A DNA stretch of 64,000 bases from an uncultured Candidatus Saccharibacteria bacterium. Lineage in GTDB: Bacteria; Patescibacteriota; Minisyncoccia; Phycocordibacterales; UBA12445. The translations under genes and the position numbers were made by a program. Below the pieces are notes generated by a model that saw only the letters and a program-made list of their open reading frames with translations, was not told where the DNA came from and made no database searches. Shown piece after piece: positions 39,801-51,122 of this stretch. How positions within the stretch are numbered: position 1 is the stretch's first letter; each line of letters begins with the position of its first letter. The stretch covers positions 18,135 to 82,134 of the forward strand of contig CAZYTH010000004.1 of assembly GCA_964649715.1 (NCBI GenBank), read 5' to 3'.

Positions 39801-40449
39801 GGTTCTGGAAATTAAAAATGATGGTAAAGAAAAATCAATAACTGTAGTGGGAGATGTATCATCAAAAAATAATTCAAAAGAACACTTAGTTCCATTCACA
39901 AGAAATATATTGGTTAAAATTGGGCAGAATGTTTCTAAGGGAGAGATTATGACCGATGGTTCTGTAAATATCAGTGAATTGTTTAAATTAGGTGGCAAAG
40001 AGGCTGCAGAAAATTATATCTTGAATGAAGTTTGTAAAATATATTCTATGCAAGCTGCCGCAATCTCAAGAAAACACATTGAAGTTATATTAAAACAAAT
40101 GTTTTCAAGAAAGAGGATAACTGATGCGGGTGACTCTGATTTTGTAGAGGGAGAAATTGTTGAGGAGCAAGAAATAATAAAAACAAACTCTGAAATGAAA
40201 GCCAACAAGTCAAAATGGGAAGATTTAGTCCTCGGAATTTCGGAAGTTTCCCTAACTACATCTAGCTGGCTTTCCTCAGCCTCTTTCCAGAACACCTCAA
40301 GAATACTTATAGAAGCATCAACCAGGGGTAAAACAGATGAACTTAGGGGTCTCAAAGAAAATGTTATAATAGGAAGACTTATACCAGCGGGTACTGGGTT
40401 TAAATCAAGTGACAAAGAACCCGAAGAAGATTCGGAGTTAGATAATTAA
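36841..40449 (+). CDS. rpoC: RNA polymerase subunit beta'
   Basis: Zn-finger CxC...CxxC, GRFRQNLLGKRVDYSGRS, NADFDGD, GEPGTQLTMRTFH. Confidence 0.99.
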   Translation: MKEEQTLDFNAIMLKLASPDKIKEWSYGEVTRPETINYRTQRSERGGLFDERIFGPEKDYECYCGKYRRIRYKDIICEKCGVEVTRSIVRRERMGHIELAAPVAHIWFLRGIPSRIGLLLDLSIAELEKVVYFAGYIITKVNKDEKERLLKELDREFKTKIKSVNSAEAKESIKSSLLEVKKEINSIREGLVLDEPTHIKFTYKYGTVFESDIGAEAVYKMFLNIDLDKIISELHERIKTAGTVDKVKIQKRLNLVRHMKKSGVRPEWMFLKVIPIIPPALRPMVALDGGRHATSDVNDLYRRVINRNNRLKKLIEINAPEVILRNEKRILQEAVDALIDNSIRHGSNSAGAMSSAQRRPLKSLADILKGKQGRFRQNLLGKRVDYSGRSVIVVGPELHLDQCGLPKHMALELFRPFVISKILERELAYNIRGAGRLIEDAVPEVWAILEEVIKNKFVLLNRAPTLHRLGIQAFRPILIEGNAIRIHPLVCTAFNADFDGDQMAVHVPLSDEAQEEAREIMCAAKNLLRPGTGDPIVTPKLDIVLGCYWMTKVVEGERGEGKIFPTPNAAISAYDYGQVGFRAKIKIMGGESEKYKEFKDKILETSVGKILFNSVLPSDFRYLNHEITGKEMPTLIEELIEIYGTDAVPAILDKIKSFGFKYITLSGITWGIDDLRVPSEKPSIVKKTKENVLGIEKNYEEGFISGEEKRKMVISAWRSAWDETQKLVPKTLDPNGGVHDMVTSKARGSIAALSQMCGMKGLIINTSGQTLEFPVIPSYKEGLSPLEYFITTHGSRKGLTDTALNTSKAGYLTRRLVDVAQDVVVSEEDCGEKNGRVIRAKDVLETTISNALRGRVLAKDLSDKDGKVIFKKGHLIMKKDLKTIDDHIVDEATVFSPLTCTSTRGVCQKCYGLDLGRNNLVKLGEAVGIVAAQAIGEPGTQLTMRTFHSGGVSEAGGDITMGLPRIEEIFEKRAPKNSAVISEIDGQVLEIKNDGKEKSITVVGDVSSKNNSKEHLVPFTRNILVKIGQNVSKGEIMTDGSVNISELFKLGGKEAAENYILNEVCKIYSMQAAAISRKHIEVILKQMFSRKRITDAGDSDFVEGEIVEEQEIIKTNSEMKANKSKWEDLVLGISEVSLTTSSWLSSASFQNTSRILIEASTRGKTDELRGLKENVIIGRLIPAGTGFKSSDKEPEEDSELDN

Positions 40450-40543
40450 AAAGATCTATAATTCTTCGTCGTAAGCTGTAAAAAGAAGAACCTTTAAACA
40501 AGTATAATTTTAAGATAAGGAAAATTTTTCCTTATCGTTATAT

Positions 40544-42289
40544 ATGTCTTCAACAATAGAACAAATTAAGAATCGATTAAACATAGTAGATATTGTTGGT
40601 TCATACTTAAAATTGGAAAAATCTGGTTCTAATTTTAAAGCCAAATGTCCGTTCCACAACGAAAAGACACCTTCTTTTTACGTTTCTCCGGACAGAGATA
40701 GTTACCATTGTTTCGGTTGTGGAAAAGGCGGAGATATAATAAGTTTTGTTCAGGAAATGGAGGGGGTTGAATTCATTGAGGCCCTCAAAATACTTGCGGA
40801 TAAGGCTGGGGTAAAACTAGACAAAGAAAAAACGTCCGAAAAAAGCGAGTCAGAAAAAATACGTTCAATACTTAAATTTGCAATTGATTTTTATCGAAAA
40901 GAATTAGTTAAAAATGAAGAAGTTGTAAAATACTTAAAGAACAGAGGGTTAAATAAAGAAACAATATTAAAATTTGAGATAGGATTTGCACCTTGCGAAT
41001 GGAGACTGCTGTATGAATATCTTAAAAAAAATGGTTTTACCGACAAAGAAATCGAGTCATCTGGTCTTTCTATTAGATCACAAAATGGTTTTTATGATCG
41101 CTTTAGAAACCGAATAATGTTTCCTATTTTTAATATTTCTGGCATGCCAGTAGGGTTTTCCGGGAGAATGTTTGAGTCCGGAAAAAAAGAAGATTTGATA
41201 CAAGCAAAGTATATAAACTCGCCACAAACATTGCTATATGATAAATCTAGAATATTGTATGGTATAGAAAAAGCGAAACTAGAAATAAAGAAAAAAAATG
41301 AATGTATTCTAGTTGAGGGGCAATTCGATCTTATAATGTCCCACCAAGCGGGGACCTTTAATACTGTTGCTGTTTCCGGAACCTCATTGACAGAAAAGCA
41401 CCTTGAAATGATTCAGAGATTTTCCGAAAACATTATTATGGCTTTTGATGGTGACTCAGCTGGAATAAAAGCATCTTCACGAGCCATAAACATGGCCCTC
41501 TCTCTTGGTATCAAGGTAAAATTAGTATCTTTAAGAGATGGCCTTGATCCTGCTGATATTATTAGAGAAAGCGAAGACGATTGGAGAAACATTGTTTCAA
41601 AATCTAAACATATCGTTGATTTTTTTATTGACGTAATCAACTCAAGAAAATTAACAAGGGATGAAAAATTAAAAGAACTAGAGACCACTGTCTTGCTTTA
41701 TATTTCGAATATAAAAAGCAAAATCGAACAAGCGGAATTTGTAAATAAGATATCAGAATCTTTTAACATTCAAGAATCAGCAATTTGGGAAGAAATTGAT
41801 AAAATTATAAAAAATCAAGGAGAATCAACCCACCAAAAAATCGAGAATCTTTTTTCTCAGAACACGGCGCAAGGGAAAATGTTTGAATTGATAAAAAGAT
41901 CGTGGTCATTTATAGAATGGCAGAGAGATATAAAAAGCAATGAAATAGATCCGGACATAGAAGAATTGAGGCTAGAAAAAATTATCGGAAAAGAAAAATA
42001 TGATACAATTAAAAAAGAATTAAAAAAAAGAAGCGAACAGTTAATAATGGAAACGGAAATTTCTTTTGAAGGTTCTAAAAATCAACAAAAAGAAATAGAC
42101 GATTTGCTTAATGGGGTTGAGGAAGAATTTTTAAGAAAAAAGAGGGAAGAGGCTTGTCTGATGATAAAAAAAAATGAAAAGGCTGGGGATTTTGATAAAA
42201 TGAAGCAGTATTTAAAAGAATTTGATGAGTTTAGTCGAAAATTAGATAATCTAAAACACAACTTCAAAAATGAAAACCAAACTAAATAA
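40544..42289 (+). CDS. dnaG: DNA primase
   Basis: [11 protein letters not shown]...CFGC zinc domain, [16 protein letters not shown], Toprim VEG..D and FDGD. Confidence 0.97.
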   Translation: MSSTIEQIKNRLNIVDIVGSYLKLEKSGSNFKAKCPFHNEKTPSFYVSPDRDSYHCFGCGKGGDIISFVQEMEGVEFIEALKILADKAGVKLDKEKTSEKSESEKIRSILKFAIDFYRKELVKNEEVVKYLKNRGLNKETILKFEIGFAPCEWRLLYEYLKKNGFTDKEIESSGLSIRSQNGFYDRFRNRIMFPIFNISGMPVGFSGRMFESGKKEDLIQAKYINSPQTLLYDKSRILYGIEKAKLEIKKKNECILVEGQFDLIMSHQAGTFNTVAVSGTSLTEKHLEMIQRFSENIIMAFDGDSAGIKASSRAINMALSLGIKVKLVSLRDGLDPADIIRESEDDWRNIVSKSKHIVDFFIDVINSRKLTRDEKLKELETTVLLYISNIKSKIEQAEFVNKISESFNIQESAIWEEIDKIIKNQGESTHQKIENLFSQNTAQGKMFELIKRSWSFIEWQRDIKSNEIDPDIEELRLEKIIGKEKYDTIKKELKKRSEQLIMETEISFEGSKNQQKEIDDLLNGVEEEFLRKKREEACLMIKKNEKAGDFDKMKQYLKEFDEFSRKLDNLKHNFKNENQTK

Positions 42290-43478
42290 TAAAAAAGACA
42301 TAATCCCAACAAAGAAAAAAGTGGCATTAAAAAAGAAGATTGTGCCTGATATCAAAAAGACAACTACCACATTAAAAAGTGGACCCAAAAAAACAATTGA
42401 AAAAAAACACAAAAAAGAGAATTGGGAGAAAAAAAGAGATCATCTTATAGAAATTGGAAAAAAGAGGAATTTTGTTACATTCAATGAGATACTGAAAGAA
42501 TTCCCAACAATTGAGGACGACGTTATTTTTCTAGAAGATCTTTATGAAGAATTAAACAAGCAAGGCATAGATATTATAGACAGCGGTGGTCTTTTGGAAA
42601 GTAGTGATGATTATACTCTTTCAGAAAGACGCGGTGGGAGAGGAGATCCTGCGTTGGATTCGGTCCAGATGTATCTCAGAGAGATAGGTCAGTATAAACT
42701 AATTTCAGCTGCCGAGGAAAAAGAATTAGCAAAAAAAATACAAACAGGAGACAAAGAGGCAATGAACACTCTCGTGCGCGCCAACCTAAGACTCGTTGTT
42801 TCTATCGCAAAAAAATTCATAGGAAGAAGTTCCGATCTTACCCTTCTTGATCTCATACAAGAAGGTAATCTTGGTCTTTTCAAAGCAGTAGAAAAATTTG
42901 ATTGGTCTAAGGGTTTTAAGTTCTCAACATATGCAACATGGTGGATAAGGCAAGCGATCACAAGGGCTCTTGCTGATCAATCTAGAACAATAAGAATACC
43001 GGTCCATATGGTTGAAACTGTCGCGAAATACAAGCAGATAGTAAGAAGATTGTCTCAGGATCTTGGCAGAGAGCCCTTATCATCAGAAATAGCGACGGAA
43101 ATGGGTGTAGAGGTTGAAAAAGTCCACATAATCGAGAAAATAGACCAAGGAACAGTTTCCTTAGAGACTCCCGTGGGAAATGATGATGACAATTCTTCTT
43201 TGGGGGATTTTATTGCTGATGATAAAATAATATCACCAGATAACCAAACCGCAAGAAGAATATTATCAGACCAAATAAAAGAGATACTGAATGATTTAAC
43301 ACCAAAAGAAAGAAAAATCTTAGAAATGCGACATGGACTAGTTGATGGTGTCATGAGAACTCTGGAAGAAGTTGGAAAAGAGTTTGGTGTTACCCGAGAA
43401 AGAATAAGACAGATAGAAGCTAAGGCTCACGAAAAAATAAGAAATCATGAAAAATCAAAAAAACTTTTGGGTTATTAG
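42270..43478 (+). CDS. rpoD: Primary sigma70 factor
   Basis: [59 protein letters not shown]. Confidence 0.96.
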   Translation: MKTKLNNKKDIIPTKKKVALKKKIVPDIKKTTTTLKSGPKKTIEKKHKKENWEKKRDHLIEIGKKRNFVTFNEILKEFPTIEDDVIFLEDLYEELNKQGIDIIDSGGLLESSDDYTLSERRGGRGDPALDSVQMYLREIGQYKLISAAEEKELAKKIQTGDKEAMNTLVRANLRLVVSIAKKFIGRSSDLTLLDLIQEGNLGLFKAVEKFDWSKGFKFSTYATWWIRQAITRALADQSRTIRIPVHMVETVAKYKQIVRRLSQDLGREPLSSEIATEMGVEVEKVHIIEKIDQGTVSLETPVGNDDDNSSLGDFIADDKIISPDNQTARRILSDQIKEILNDLTPKERKILEMRHGLVDGVMRTLEEVGKEFGVTRERIRQIEAKAHEKIRNHEKSKKLLGY

Positions 43479-43492
43479 GTAAAAAAATAAAA

Positions 43493-44356
43493 ATGTTTTT
43501 AATCGGAGCGATATTAGATATCTTTGCAACCTCTTTTATTCTTTATAATACCTACATACTACTCAAGAAAACTCGTTCCATTTATATATTAAGGGGATTT
43601 GTTGGAATTGCTATATTTTATGTTATTGTTGGTACTTTAAATTTGAAACTAACAGTTTATCTACTTCAATTCTTTATATCTTTTGCGATTATTATCTTAG
43701 CCGTTGTGTTTCAGAGAGAAATCAGAAGATTTTTCGAAAACTTTTCACTTTCTTTTTTTTATGACATGAGTGCTGGCGGGACCCAAGTGAACCAAGATCT
43801 ATTAAGTGTAATAATAAATACAGCATATCAATTGTCTCAAAAAAAGATTGGGGCACTGATAGTTTTTCCCGGAAAACAAAATTTAGATAATTTACTAGAG
43901 GGCGGTATAGATATTAATGGAAAAGTTTCGGAACCACTACTTTTGAGTATTTTTGACACAAGAACTCCCGGACACGATGGTGCTGTTATTATTGAAAATA
44001 ATTTAATAAAAAAATTTTCTGTACATTTACCATTAGCAGAGGATCATAAAAAATATCCCAACATAGGAACCAGGCATCGCGCAGGATTGGGAGTCGCAGA
44101 GAAATCTGACGCCAGCACGATTATCATATCAGAAGAGCGCGGAACAATAACAATGGCGAGAAACAATGAGCTTTTTCTAATCAACGGGAAAGATGAGTTG
44201 AAAAATGAATTGGAAAAAGTAATAAAAACATCAAAAGACAGTAGCAAGATCGGGGTGTTGGATAATTTCAAAAAATTTTTAAAAAACAATAGAAAAGAAA
44301 AGATTTTTGTCGTCACTCTTTCAATTTTTCTTTGGTGTGTTATAGCTTATAAATAA
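43493..44356 (+). CDS. Diadenylate cyclase (CdaA/DacA-like)
   Basis: Three N-terminal TMs, FQ.EIRR, GALIV, HDGA, GTRHRA, SEERG. Confidence 0.9.
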   Translation: MFLIGAILDIFATSFILYNTYILLKKTRSIYILRGFVGIAIFYVIVGTLNLKLTVYLLQFFISFAIIILAVVFQREIRRFFENFSLSFFYDMSAGGTQVNQDLLSVIINTAYQLSQKKIGALIVFPGKQNLDNLLEGGIDINGKVSEPLLLSIFDTRTPGHDGAVIIENNLIKKFSVHLPLAEDHKKYPNIGTRHRAGLGVAEKSDASTIIISEERGTITMARNNELFLINGKDELKNELEKVIKTSKDSSKIGVLDNFKKFLKNNRKEKIFVVTLSIFLWCVIAYK

Positions 44357-44413
44357 GATTACAACACACACAAAATCTTAACTATTTAATTGAATCAAGT
44401 TTAATATTTTAAA

Positions 44414-46213
44414 ATGAAAATATTCAAAGAAACCATTGAGATTTTAAAAAATACATGGAGAATAAATAAAATATCGTGGAAAGAAAAAAAGAGGCTTATT
44501 TTGGCTTACAATCTTACGATATTTCTTTCTTCTTTCTCGCCATTCTTAGAGTCTGGATTGATTGCCATTGTCATAAACGAATTAGTCAAGATCTCAAAAC
44601 AAAGTGGTGACATAAATTCAATAATATGGGCAATTATAGCGATGGCCTTCGCGATAATAATACCGTCGCTTTTATGGAAAGTTGAAAATTATCTAGACCT
44701 TATCTATTACATGTTTATTGAGGAGAAGATAGAGATGCTCACGATTAAGAAATATTCAGAAATAGATGTTGCACTTCATGAAAATCCAAAGTACAACGAT
44801 CTATTTAATAAAATATCTGAAAATGGAAACTGGAGAGCGTGTAATTTTGCAGACAGTCAATTTTATATTTTAAAAAGTATTATTGAGGTTATTGTTGCCT
44901 CATCTATACTCATTTACTCAAACCCAAACATTTTCTTAATGATTTTTTTAGGTACAATTCCGGAATTAATAGCCGGCATTTATTATGGAAAAAGAGTTTG
45001 GACAATACACACAAGTAAGGCCGAGACCAGAAGAAGATTTTGGGATGTTAAAAATCATTTCATGGGGCCGTCTTCTCTTATCGAGCTTAGATTATTTCAA
45101 AATACAGGGTTTTTCTTAAATATCATAAAAGAACTTTTTTCTAATTTCAGAAAAGAAGAATACAAAAATAACAAAAAAAATTTTTTAACACAAATACTCT
45201 CTACAATCATTTCAGAATCTGTATTAATCGCAGGAATGATCTATTTTATACTCGAAGTCATCTCAGGGGAAATGCAAATAGGTACCTTAACTTTCGTAAT
45301 GGCTTCGATACGACAACTCAGAGGTTCTTTGTCTGGTCTCTTTAGAATAATGGGTAAACAATATCAAGACAGTTTGTTCGTTACAGATCTCTTTGAGTTT
45401 TTAGATATAAAAACCTTCATAAAGAAACCAGATCGTGGGATAATACTAGATCGCAAAAAGGCCCCCGAAATAATATTTGAAAATGTAACATTTAGTTACC
45501 CAAACTCAGAAAAGCCAGTAATAAAGAATTTTTCTCTAAAGATAGATTCTGGTAGCAAAGTGGCGTTAATAGGAGTTAATGGTGCTGGAAAAACAACTTT
45601 TGTTAAGTTGTTATGTCGTTTTTATGACCCAACCGAAGGGAGAATTCTTATAAACGGACACGATCTCAGGGATATCGATATTGAGAGTTGGTATTATATA
45701 ATAGGAGCGGTTTTTCAAGATTATTCTAGATATCATTTTCAAGTAAAAGAAGCTATCGCGATGGGCAGAACAGGAGAAAAATCAAGCTTAGAAAAAGTTA
45801 AAGATGCAGCGAAAGCCAGTGAGGCAGATATTTTTATTGAAAAGTGGGAAAAATCTTATGAACAAAATCTTGGAGTTGAGTTTGCCGAGGGAGTAGAACC
45901 TTCTGTGGGGCAGTGGCAGAAACTTGCTCTCGCGAGGACTTTTTATCGAGATCCTAAACTAATGATCCTAGATGAACCAACTTCTTCGATAGACGCGAGT
46001 TCTGAAGCCAAAATATTTGAAAAAATAGGAGAAGTATCAGACGATAGAACTGTGGTAACAATATCTCATAGATTTTCCACTGTAAAAAAGGCAGACAAAA
46101 TAATTGTCATAGAAAATGGAGAGAAAAAAGAGGAAGGCACTCATGATGAGCTTATTGTATTGGGTGGTTCATACTCACACCTTTTTAAACTTCAGGCTAA
46201 AAGTTATAAATAA
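44414..46213 (+). CDS. ABC transporter, fused permease and ATPase (exporter type)
   Basis: Six-TM domain; GVNGAGKTT, VFQD, variant signature PSVGQWQ, LDEPT, SHRFST. Confidence 0.92.
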   Translation: MKIFKETIEILKNTWRINKISWKEKKRLILAYNLTIFLSSFSPFLESGLIAIVINELVKISKQSGDINSIIWAIIAMAFAIIIPSLLWKVENYLDLIYYMFIEEKIEMLTIKKYSEIDVALHENPKYNDLFNKISENGNWRACNFADSQFYILKSIIEVIVASSILIYSNPNIFLMIFLGTIPELIAGIYYGKRVWTIHTSKAETRRRFWDVKNHFMGPSSLIELRLFQNTGFFLNIIKELFSNFRKEEYKNNKKNFLTQILSTIISESVLIAGMIYFILEVISGEMQIGTLTFVMASIRQLRGSLSGLFRIMGKQYQDSLFVTDLFEFLDIKTFIKKPDRGIILDRKKAPEIIFENVTFSYPNSEKPVIKNFSLKIDSGSKVALIGVNGAGKTTFVKLLCRFYDPTEGRILINGHDLRDIDIESWYYIIGAVFQDYSRYHFQVKEAIAMGRTGEKSSLEKVKDAAKASEADIFIEKWEKSYEQNLGVEFAEGVEPSVGQWQKLALARTFYRDPKLMILDEPTSSIDASSEAKIFEKIGEVSDDRTVVTISHRFSTVKKADKIIVIENGEKKEEGTHDELIVLGGSYSHLFKLQAKSYK

Positions 46214-46301
46214 AAAACAATTTTCTCAGGAAATCAGGACTTTAAATAATAACAAAAATCTGTTACTATGAATAAGCTTTTGAAGAATATGATTATCAAA
46301 A

Positions 46302-47309
46302 ATGAACTCAAACGAAAAATACAAAATAGCAGTCACAGGAGACAGACCAACGGGGAAGCTTCATTTAGGACACCTTGTTGGTTCTCTGCAAAATAGAATA
46401 AAAATACAAGAAGAATGCAAACAGTTTGTTATGATAGCAGACGTTCAAGCACTAACAGACAACGCAGATTCACCTGAAAAAGTAAGAAATAATGTTATTG
46501 AAGTAGCTTTAGATAATCTTGCTGTTGGTGTAGACCCAACAATAAGCACTTTTTTTATACAATCACAAATACCAGAGATTGCTGAGTTAACAATCTTTTT
46601 TTTGAATTTAGTTACAGTGGCACGACTAGAGAGAAACCCGACTGTAAAAAACGAAATGAAACAAAAAGGTTTTGGAGGAAACGTACCAGCGGGTTTTTTG
46701 TGTTATCCAGTAAGCCAGACCGCTGATATTTTGTCTTTTAAGGCGAATATTGTTCCGGTAGGAGAGGATCAACTTCCAATGATAGAACAAGCCAATGAGA
46801 TATCACACAAATTTAATTCTTTATATGGAGAAATTTTTCCAAAAATAGAGCCAAGAATATCAGAATCCCCAAGGCTCCTAGGGACAGATGGCGCTTCAAA
46901 AATGAGCAAATCTCTAAATAATGCGATTTTTTTATCTGATAAAAAAGACACAATCAATGATAAGGTTATGCAAATGTTTACCGATCCTAAACATATTCAC
47001 AAAAGTGATCCTGGAAGAATTGAAGGAAATGTGGTTTTTGAATACTTGTCTATATTCGATCCAAACAAAGAAGAACTTGAGGAGATAAAAAATGGATACA
47101 AAAAGGGTGGAGTAGGCGATATCGAAATAAAAAATCGCCTTATTGATATTTTAGAAAATATAATATCCCCCATAAGAGAGAAGAGGGAAAATCTTTCAAA
47201 AGATCCTTCTAAGATAATGGATATCTTAAATGAAGGTGGTAAATTAGCCAGAGAAACTACAAAAGAAACAATGCATGAAGTTAGAAGGGCAATGAAAATA
47301 AATTATTAA
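46302..47309 (+). CDS. trpS: Tryptophan--tRNA ligase
   Basis: TGDRPTGKLHLGH, VPVGEDQ, KMSKS. Confidence 0.97.
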   Translation: MNSNEKYKIAVTGDRPTGKLHLGHLVGSLQNRIKIQEECKQFVMIADVQALTDNADSPEKVRNNVIEVALDNLAVGVDPTISTFFIQSQIPEIAELTIFFLNLVTVARLERNPTVKNEMKQKGFGGNVPAGFLCYPVSQTADILSFKANIVPVGEDQLPMIEQANEISHKFNSLYGEIFPKIEPRISESPRLLGTDGASKMSKSLNNAIFLSDKKDTINDKVMQMFTDPKHIHKSDPGRIEGNVVFEYLSIFDPNKEELEEIKNGYKKGGVGDIEIKNRLIDILENIISPIREKRENLSKDPSKIMDILNEGGKLARETTKETMHEVRRAMKINY

Positions 47310-47335
47310 AGATTACTACCAACTAAAACTAAAAA

Positions 47336-48736
47336 ATGGAACGAGTTTACATAAAAGACTTAAAAGAGCATATCGGTAAAGAGGTGGCTATCTATGGTTG
47401 GGTGGACACAAGAAGAGACATGGGGAAGCTTATTTTTATTGACCTAAGAGATGAGTCTTTATCTAGGGTTCAATGTGTAATATTGCCAAATCAAAAAGAG
47501 GCTGGATTTACCGCGCAGTCGATTAGAAATGAATGGGTTATAGAAATTGTCGGCAGGATTAACCAAAGACCAGAAAAAACAACGAAGACCGATATTGAAA
47601 ATGGCGATATCGAGGTAGAGGTAATGTCTGTAAAGATTTTAAACGAAGCAAATACACCACCTTTTGACATAACAACTGATGGTAAGGAGGTAAAAGAAGA
47701 AATAAGATTAAAATATAAGTATCTTGATCTTAGAAGAAACAGGATGCAAAAAAACTTAAGATTTAGACATGATCTTATTTCTCATACAAGAAATTATTTA
47801 AATTCAAGAGAATTCTTTGAAATTGAAACACCAGTATTAACTAAATCAACCCCGGAGGGTGCCAGGGATTATGTTGTTCCTTCCAGAATTTACAATGGTA
47901 AGTTTTATGCATTACCACAATCTCCACAGCAATACAAACAGCTCTTAATGGTTGCCGGTTTTGGTAAATATTTCCAAATCGCCAGATGTTTCAGAGACGA
48001 AGACACAAGAGGTGACAGACAACCAGAATTTACACAAATGGATCTTGAAATGTCTTTTGTGGAGCAAGAAGATGTAATGTCTCTCATAGAGGGTATGCTA
48101 ATAGAAATAATACAAAAAATCTCTCCGGATAAAAAAATTCAGCAAATACCTTTCCCTCGTATTAAATATTCTGATGCAATAGCAAAATATGGGACAGATA
48201 GACCAGACATAAGAGAGGATAAGGAAAATAAAAATATTCTTGCCTTCTGCTGGGTTGTCGATTTTCCCTTTTTTGAAAAAGATAAAAAGGGAGGATGGAC
48301 ATTCACGCATAACCCATTTTCCAAACCGAAACCAGAGCATATGGATTTTCTTATGAACAAAGAAAACCTTGGCGATATTCTAACAACACAGTATGACATC
48401 GTTCTTAACGGTTTTGAGATAGGGGGAGGAAGTATAAGAAACCATAGCTCTGAAGCGCTCATGAAAGTTTTTGAAGTAATGGGCTACGAAGAAGAAAGAG
48501 TACGAGAAAACTTCGGGCACATGCTTACAGCTCTTGAATCAGGTACACCGCCACATGGTGGTATTGCTTGGGGATTAGATAGATTGGTAATGTTACTCAG
48601 AAACGAAGACAGTATTAGGGAGGTAATTGCTTTTCCAAAAACAGGAGAGGGTAGGGATCTTATGATGGAATCACCATCTTCTATTGAAGAAGGACAACTT
48701 AAAGAACTTGGAATCACAATAGAAAAGAAGCTGTAA
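47336..48736 (+). CDS. aspS: Aspartate--tRNA ligase (bacterial type, GAD insert absent)
   Basis: [54 protein letters not shown]. Confidence 0.95.
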   Translation: MERVYIKDLKEHIGKEVAIYGWVDTRRDMGKLIFIDLRDESLSRVQCVILPNQKEAGFTAQSIRNEWVIEIVGRINQRPEKTTKTDIENGDIEVEVMSVKILNEANTPPFDITTDGKEVKEEIRLKYKYLDLRRNRMQKNLRFRHDLISHTRNYLNSREFFEIETPVLTKSTPEGARDYVVPSRIYNGKFYALPQSPQQYKQLLMVAGFGKYFQIARCFRDEDTRGDRQPEFTQMDLEMSFVEQEDVMSLIEGMLIEIIQKISPDKKIQQIPFPRIKYSDAIAKYGTDRPDIREDKENKNILAFCWVVDFPFFEKDKKGGWTFTHNPFSKPKPEHMDFLMNKENLGDILTTQYDIVLNGFEIGGGSIRNHSSEALMKVFEVMGYEEERVRENFGHMLTALESGTPPHGGIAWGLDRLVMLLRNEDSIREVIAFPKTGEGRDLMMESPSSIEEGQLKELGITIEKKL

Positions 48737-48748
48737 ATATGGGGTTAA

Positions 48749-49519
48749 ATGTCACAAATAAAAGATGAATACAAGGTTAGGGTAGGTGAATTTGAGGGAC
48801 CCCTTGATCTACTCCTTTCTCTTATCGAAAAAAGAAAATTGTGTGTTAATGATATATCGCTTGCCGAAGTTACGGATGCGTATATTGAGTATATAAAACA
48901 ATTTGAAGAATTCCCGATTAGTCATGGTGCCGATTTTTTAATTATAGCATCAACATTACTCCTAATAAAATCAATTTCTCTTTTGCCGGGAATAAAACTA
49001 ACCAACGAAGAAAAAGAGAGTGTTCAGGAATTAGAGAATAGATTGAAGCTATATCAAGAAATAAAGGAAAAAAGTCTATTCATAAAAAATAATTTTGGTA
49101 AAAAAATAATTTTTCAGGTAGGCAAAAAAAATAATTTTTCAGAAAAGTTTTTTTTACCAACAAAAGAGATTAGTGTAATAAATTTATTTAATTCAGCAAG
49201 AGATATTTTAAAGAGAATTCCTAAAAAAGAAAAAATTTCAGAAGTTAAAATAAAAAAAGTTATTAGTCTAGAAGAAGCAATGATTGTTCTCAGCAAAAGA
49301 ATACAACAAGGATTGAAACTTAAATTCAGTCAGTTTTCCAAGATAAATAAAGAAGGAACTCCAGAAGAGATTAAATTGGAAAAAATTAATATAGTTGTTA
49401 ATTTTTTGGCGATGCTTGAACTTATTAAAAGGGGTTCTATACAAGTTGTTCAAGAATCTATGTTTTCCGATATACAAATAGAAAACAGTCAGGCAACTTT
49501 GCCTCATTATGGCGCATAA
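48749..49519 (+). CDS. scpA: Segregation and condensation protein A
   Basis: FEGPLDLLL.LI, IKS..LLP, FLAMLEL. Confidence 0.93.
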   Translation: MSQIKDEYKVRVGEFEGPLDLLLSLIEKRKLCVNDISLAEVTDAYIEYIKQFEEFPISHGADFLIIASTLLLIKSISLLPGIKLTNEEKESVQELENRLKLYQEIKEKSLFIKNNFGKKIIFQVGKKNNFSEKFFLPTKEISVINLFNSARDILKRIPKKEKISEVKIKKVISLEEAMIVLSKRIQQGLKLKFSQFSKINKEGTPEEIKLEKINIVVNFLAMLELIKRGSIQVVQESMFSDIQIENSQATLPHYGA

Positions 49520-49558
49520 ATATATTTTACCTTTATTAAAATAGCTAATATTATTAAA

Positions 49559-50110
49559 ATGAAATTAGATATACTCATAGAATCAATACTTTATTTCAAA
49601 GGAGAACCAATTTCAAAAATGGAGCTCGGAAAAATTTTAGAAATAAGCCAAGAAACACTAAAAGAATCTTTGGGCGTATTAAAGCGCAATTTAGAAAATA
49701 GGGGAGTCTGCCTTATCGAAACAGAAGAAGAAGTGTCTCTGGGAACAAGTCCGGAAGCCACAGATATTATTGAAAATATTAAAAAAGATGAGTTAAACAA
49801 AGACATTGGAAGGTCTGGACTAGAAACACTCACGATCGTTGCTTATAAGGGACCCATAAGCAGAAGCGGAATAGACAACATAAGAGGGGTTAATTCAAGT
49901 TTTATACTAAGAAATCTTCTTATTCGCGGATTAGTAGAGAGAATCCCAAACCCCAACGACCAGAGAACATTCCTCTATAAACCAACCATGGAATTACTAA
50001 AATATCTTGGATTTACAAGCTTTGAAAATTTACCAGAATATAATAGTATTATTAAAGAAATGGAGGGTGTGATTCAAGAAGAACAACCAATGGAGGATGA
50101 CTCAAAATAA
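49559..50110 (+). CDS. scpB: Segregation and condensation protein B
   Basis: IESILY..GEP, LETL.IVAY..P, IRGVNS, LP tail. Confidence 0.93.
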   Translation: MKLDILIESILYFKGEPISKMELGKILEISQETLKESLGVLKRNLENRGVCLIETEEEVSLGTSPEATDIIENIKKDELNKDIGRSGLETLTIVAYKGPISRSGIDNIRGVNSSFILRNLLIRGLVERIPNPNDQRTFLYKPTMELLKYLGFTSFENLPEYNSIIKEMEGVIQEEQPMEDDSK

Positions 50111-50121
50111 AAATCAGAAAA

Positions 50122-51099
50122 ATGAGTGAACAAGAAAAAACAAAAATAATATCAAACCCTTTTAAAGACACTCGTCGCATGGTGTGGGTTTTTTGTTTAT
50201 CTGGTTTTATTTTGACATCTTTGATGAGTCCATATTTGTATATAACATACAACAGCAATGTATCTTTTAATCACGTAGATGAGATTACCCCATCATCCGA
50301 ATCAGAATATTTTGACAATCCAGAGATTCAAGCAAATTCGGCTTCTGTCTTTGATATAAAAAATAATACATTTATTTATTCTAAAAACAGTAAAAGTCAA
50401 CTTCCGTTAGCGTCAATAACAAAAGTTGCAAGCGGAATGTCTGCCATAAGAATAGCTCAAAAGACGAACTCAAATAAAAATATTAAATTCTCTGGAAAAT
50501 GGTGGAATTTGTACGACCTTTTAAAATTTTCTTTAGTTTCTTCTTCCAATATTGCGATAGCAAATATATCAAAAGCTCTTTCAAAAATAACAGATGTAGA
50601 AATGAACGAAAGTGACAGAGAAATAGATTTCATTTACGAAATGAACTTAATAGCAAAAGAGTTGGGATTAAATACTCTGTATTTCGTAAATGAAACCGGA
50701 CTTGATTTAAACGAAGATGCTGGGGGGGCATTTATTAGTGGAGCATACGGAACATCGGAAGATGTTGCTAAGATGTTTTCTTATGCAATAAATGAATATC
50801 CAGAAATTTTTAATGCAACAAAATATTCAGACATACAAATAGAATCAGAAGATGGCGATATTAAATTTTCTAAAAATACCAATACGGAAATAAACAAAAC
50901 AACTATGGCAATTGCTTCTAAAACAGGGACAACTGATCTAGCTGGGGGTAATTTAGTTATTGCTTTTGACGCCGGAATATCTAGGCCCATAATTATCTCC
51001 ATACTTGGATCAACTCCTGAGGGAAGATTTGAAGATGCAAAAATACTCATAAAAGATGCTTTAAGAAAAATAAACGTTAATGCAAATCATATTTTTTAA
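50122..51099 (+). CDS. D-alanyl-D-alanine carboxypeptidase (peptidase S11)
   Basis: TM anchor; LASITK (SxxK), SSN, N.TGLD, KTG. Confidence 0.88.
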   Translation: MSEQEKTKIISNPFKDTRRMVWVFCLSGFILTSLMSPYLYITYNSNVSFNHVDEITPSSESEYFDNPEIQANSASVFDIKNNTFIYSKNSKSQLPLASITKVASGMSAIRIAQKTNSNKNIKFSGKWWNLYDLLKFSLVSSSNIAIANISKALSKITDVEMNESDREIDFIYEMNLIAKELGLNTLYFVNETGLDLNEDAGGAFISGAYGTSEDVAKMFSYAINEYPEIFNATKYSDIQIESEDGDIKFSKNTNTEINKTTMAIASKTGTTDLAGGNLVIAFDAGISRPIIISILGSTPEGRFEDAKILIKDALRKINVNANHIF

Positions 51100-51122
51100 A
51101 AAATATGATATAATATCAGGAG

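Noticed and set aside
33639-40449. Inteins or introns in rpoB/rpoC
   Set aside because: Lengths and motif order are ordinary; no splicing motifs or homing endonuclease.
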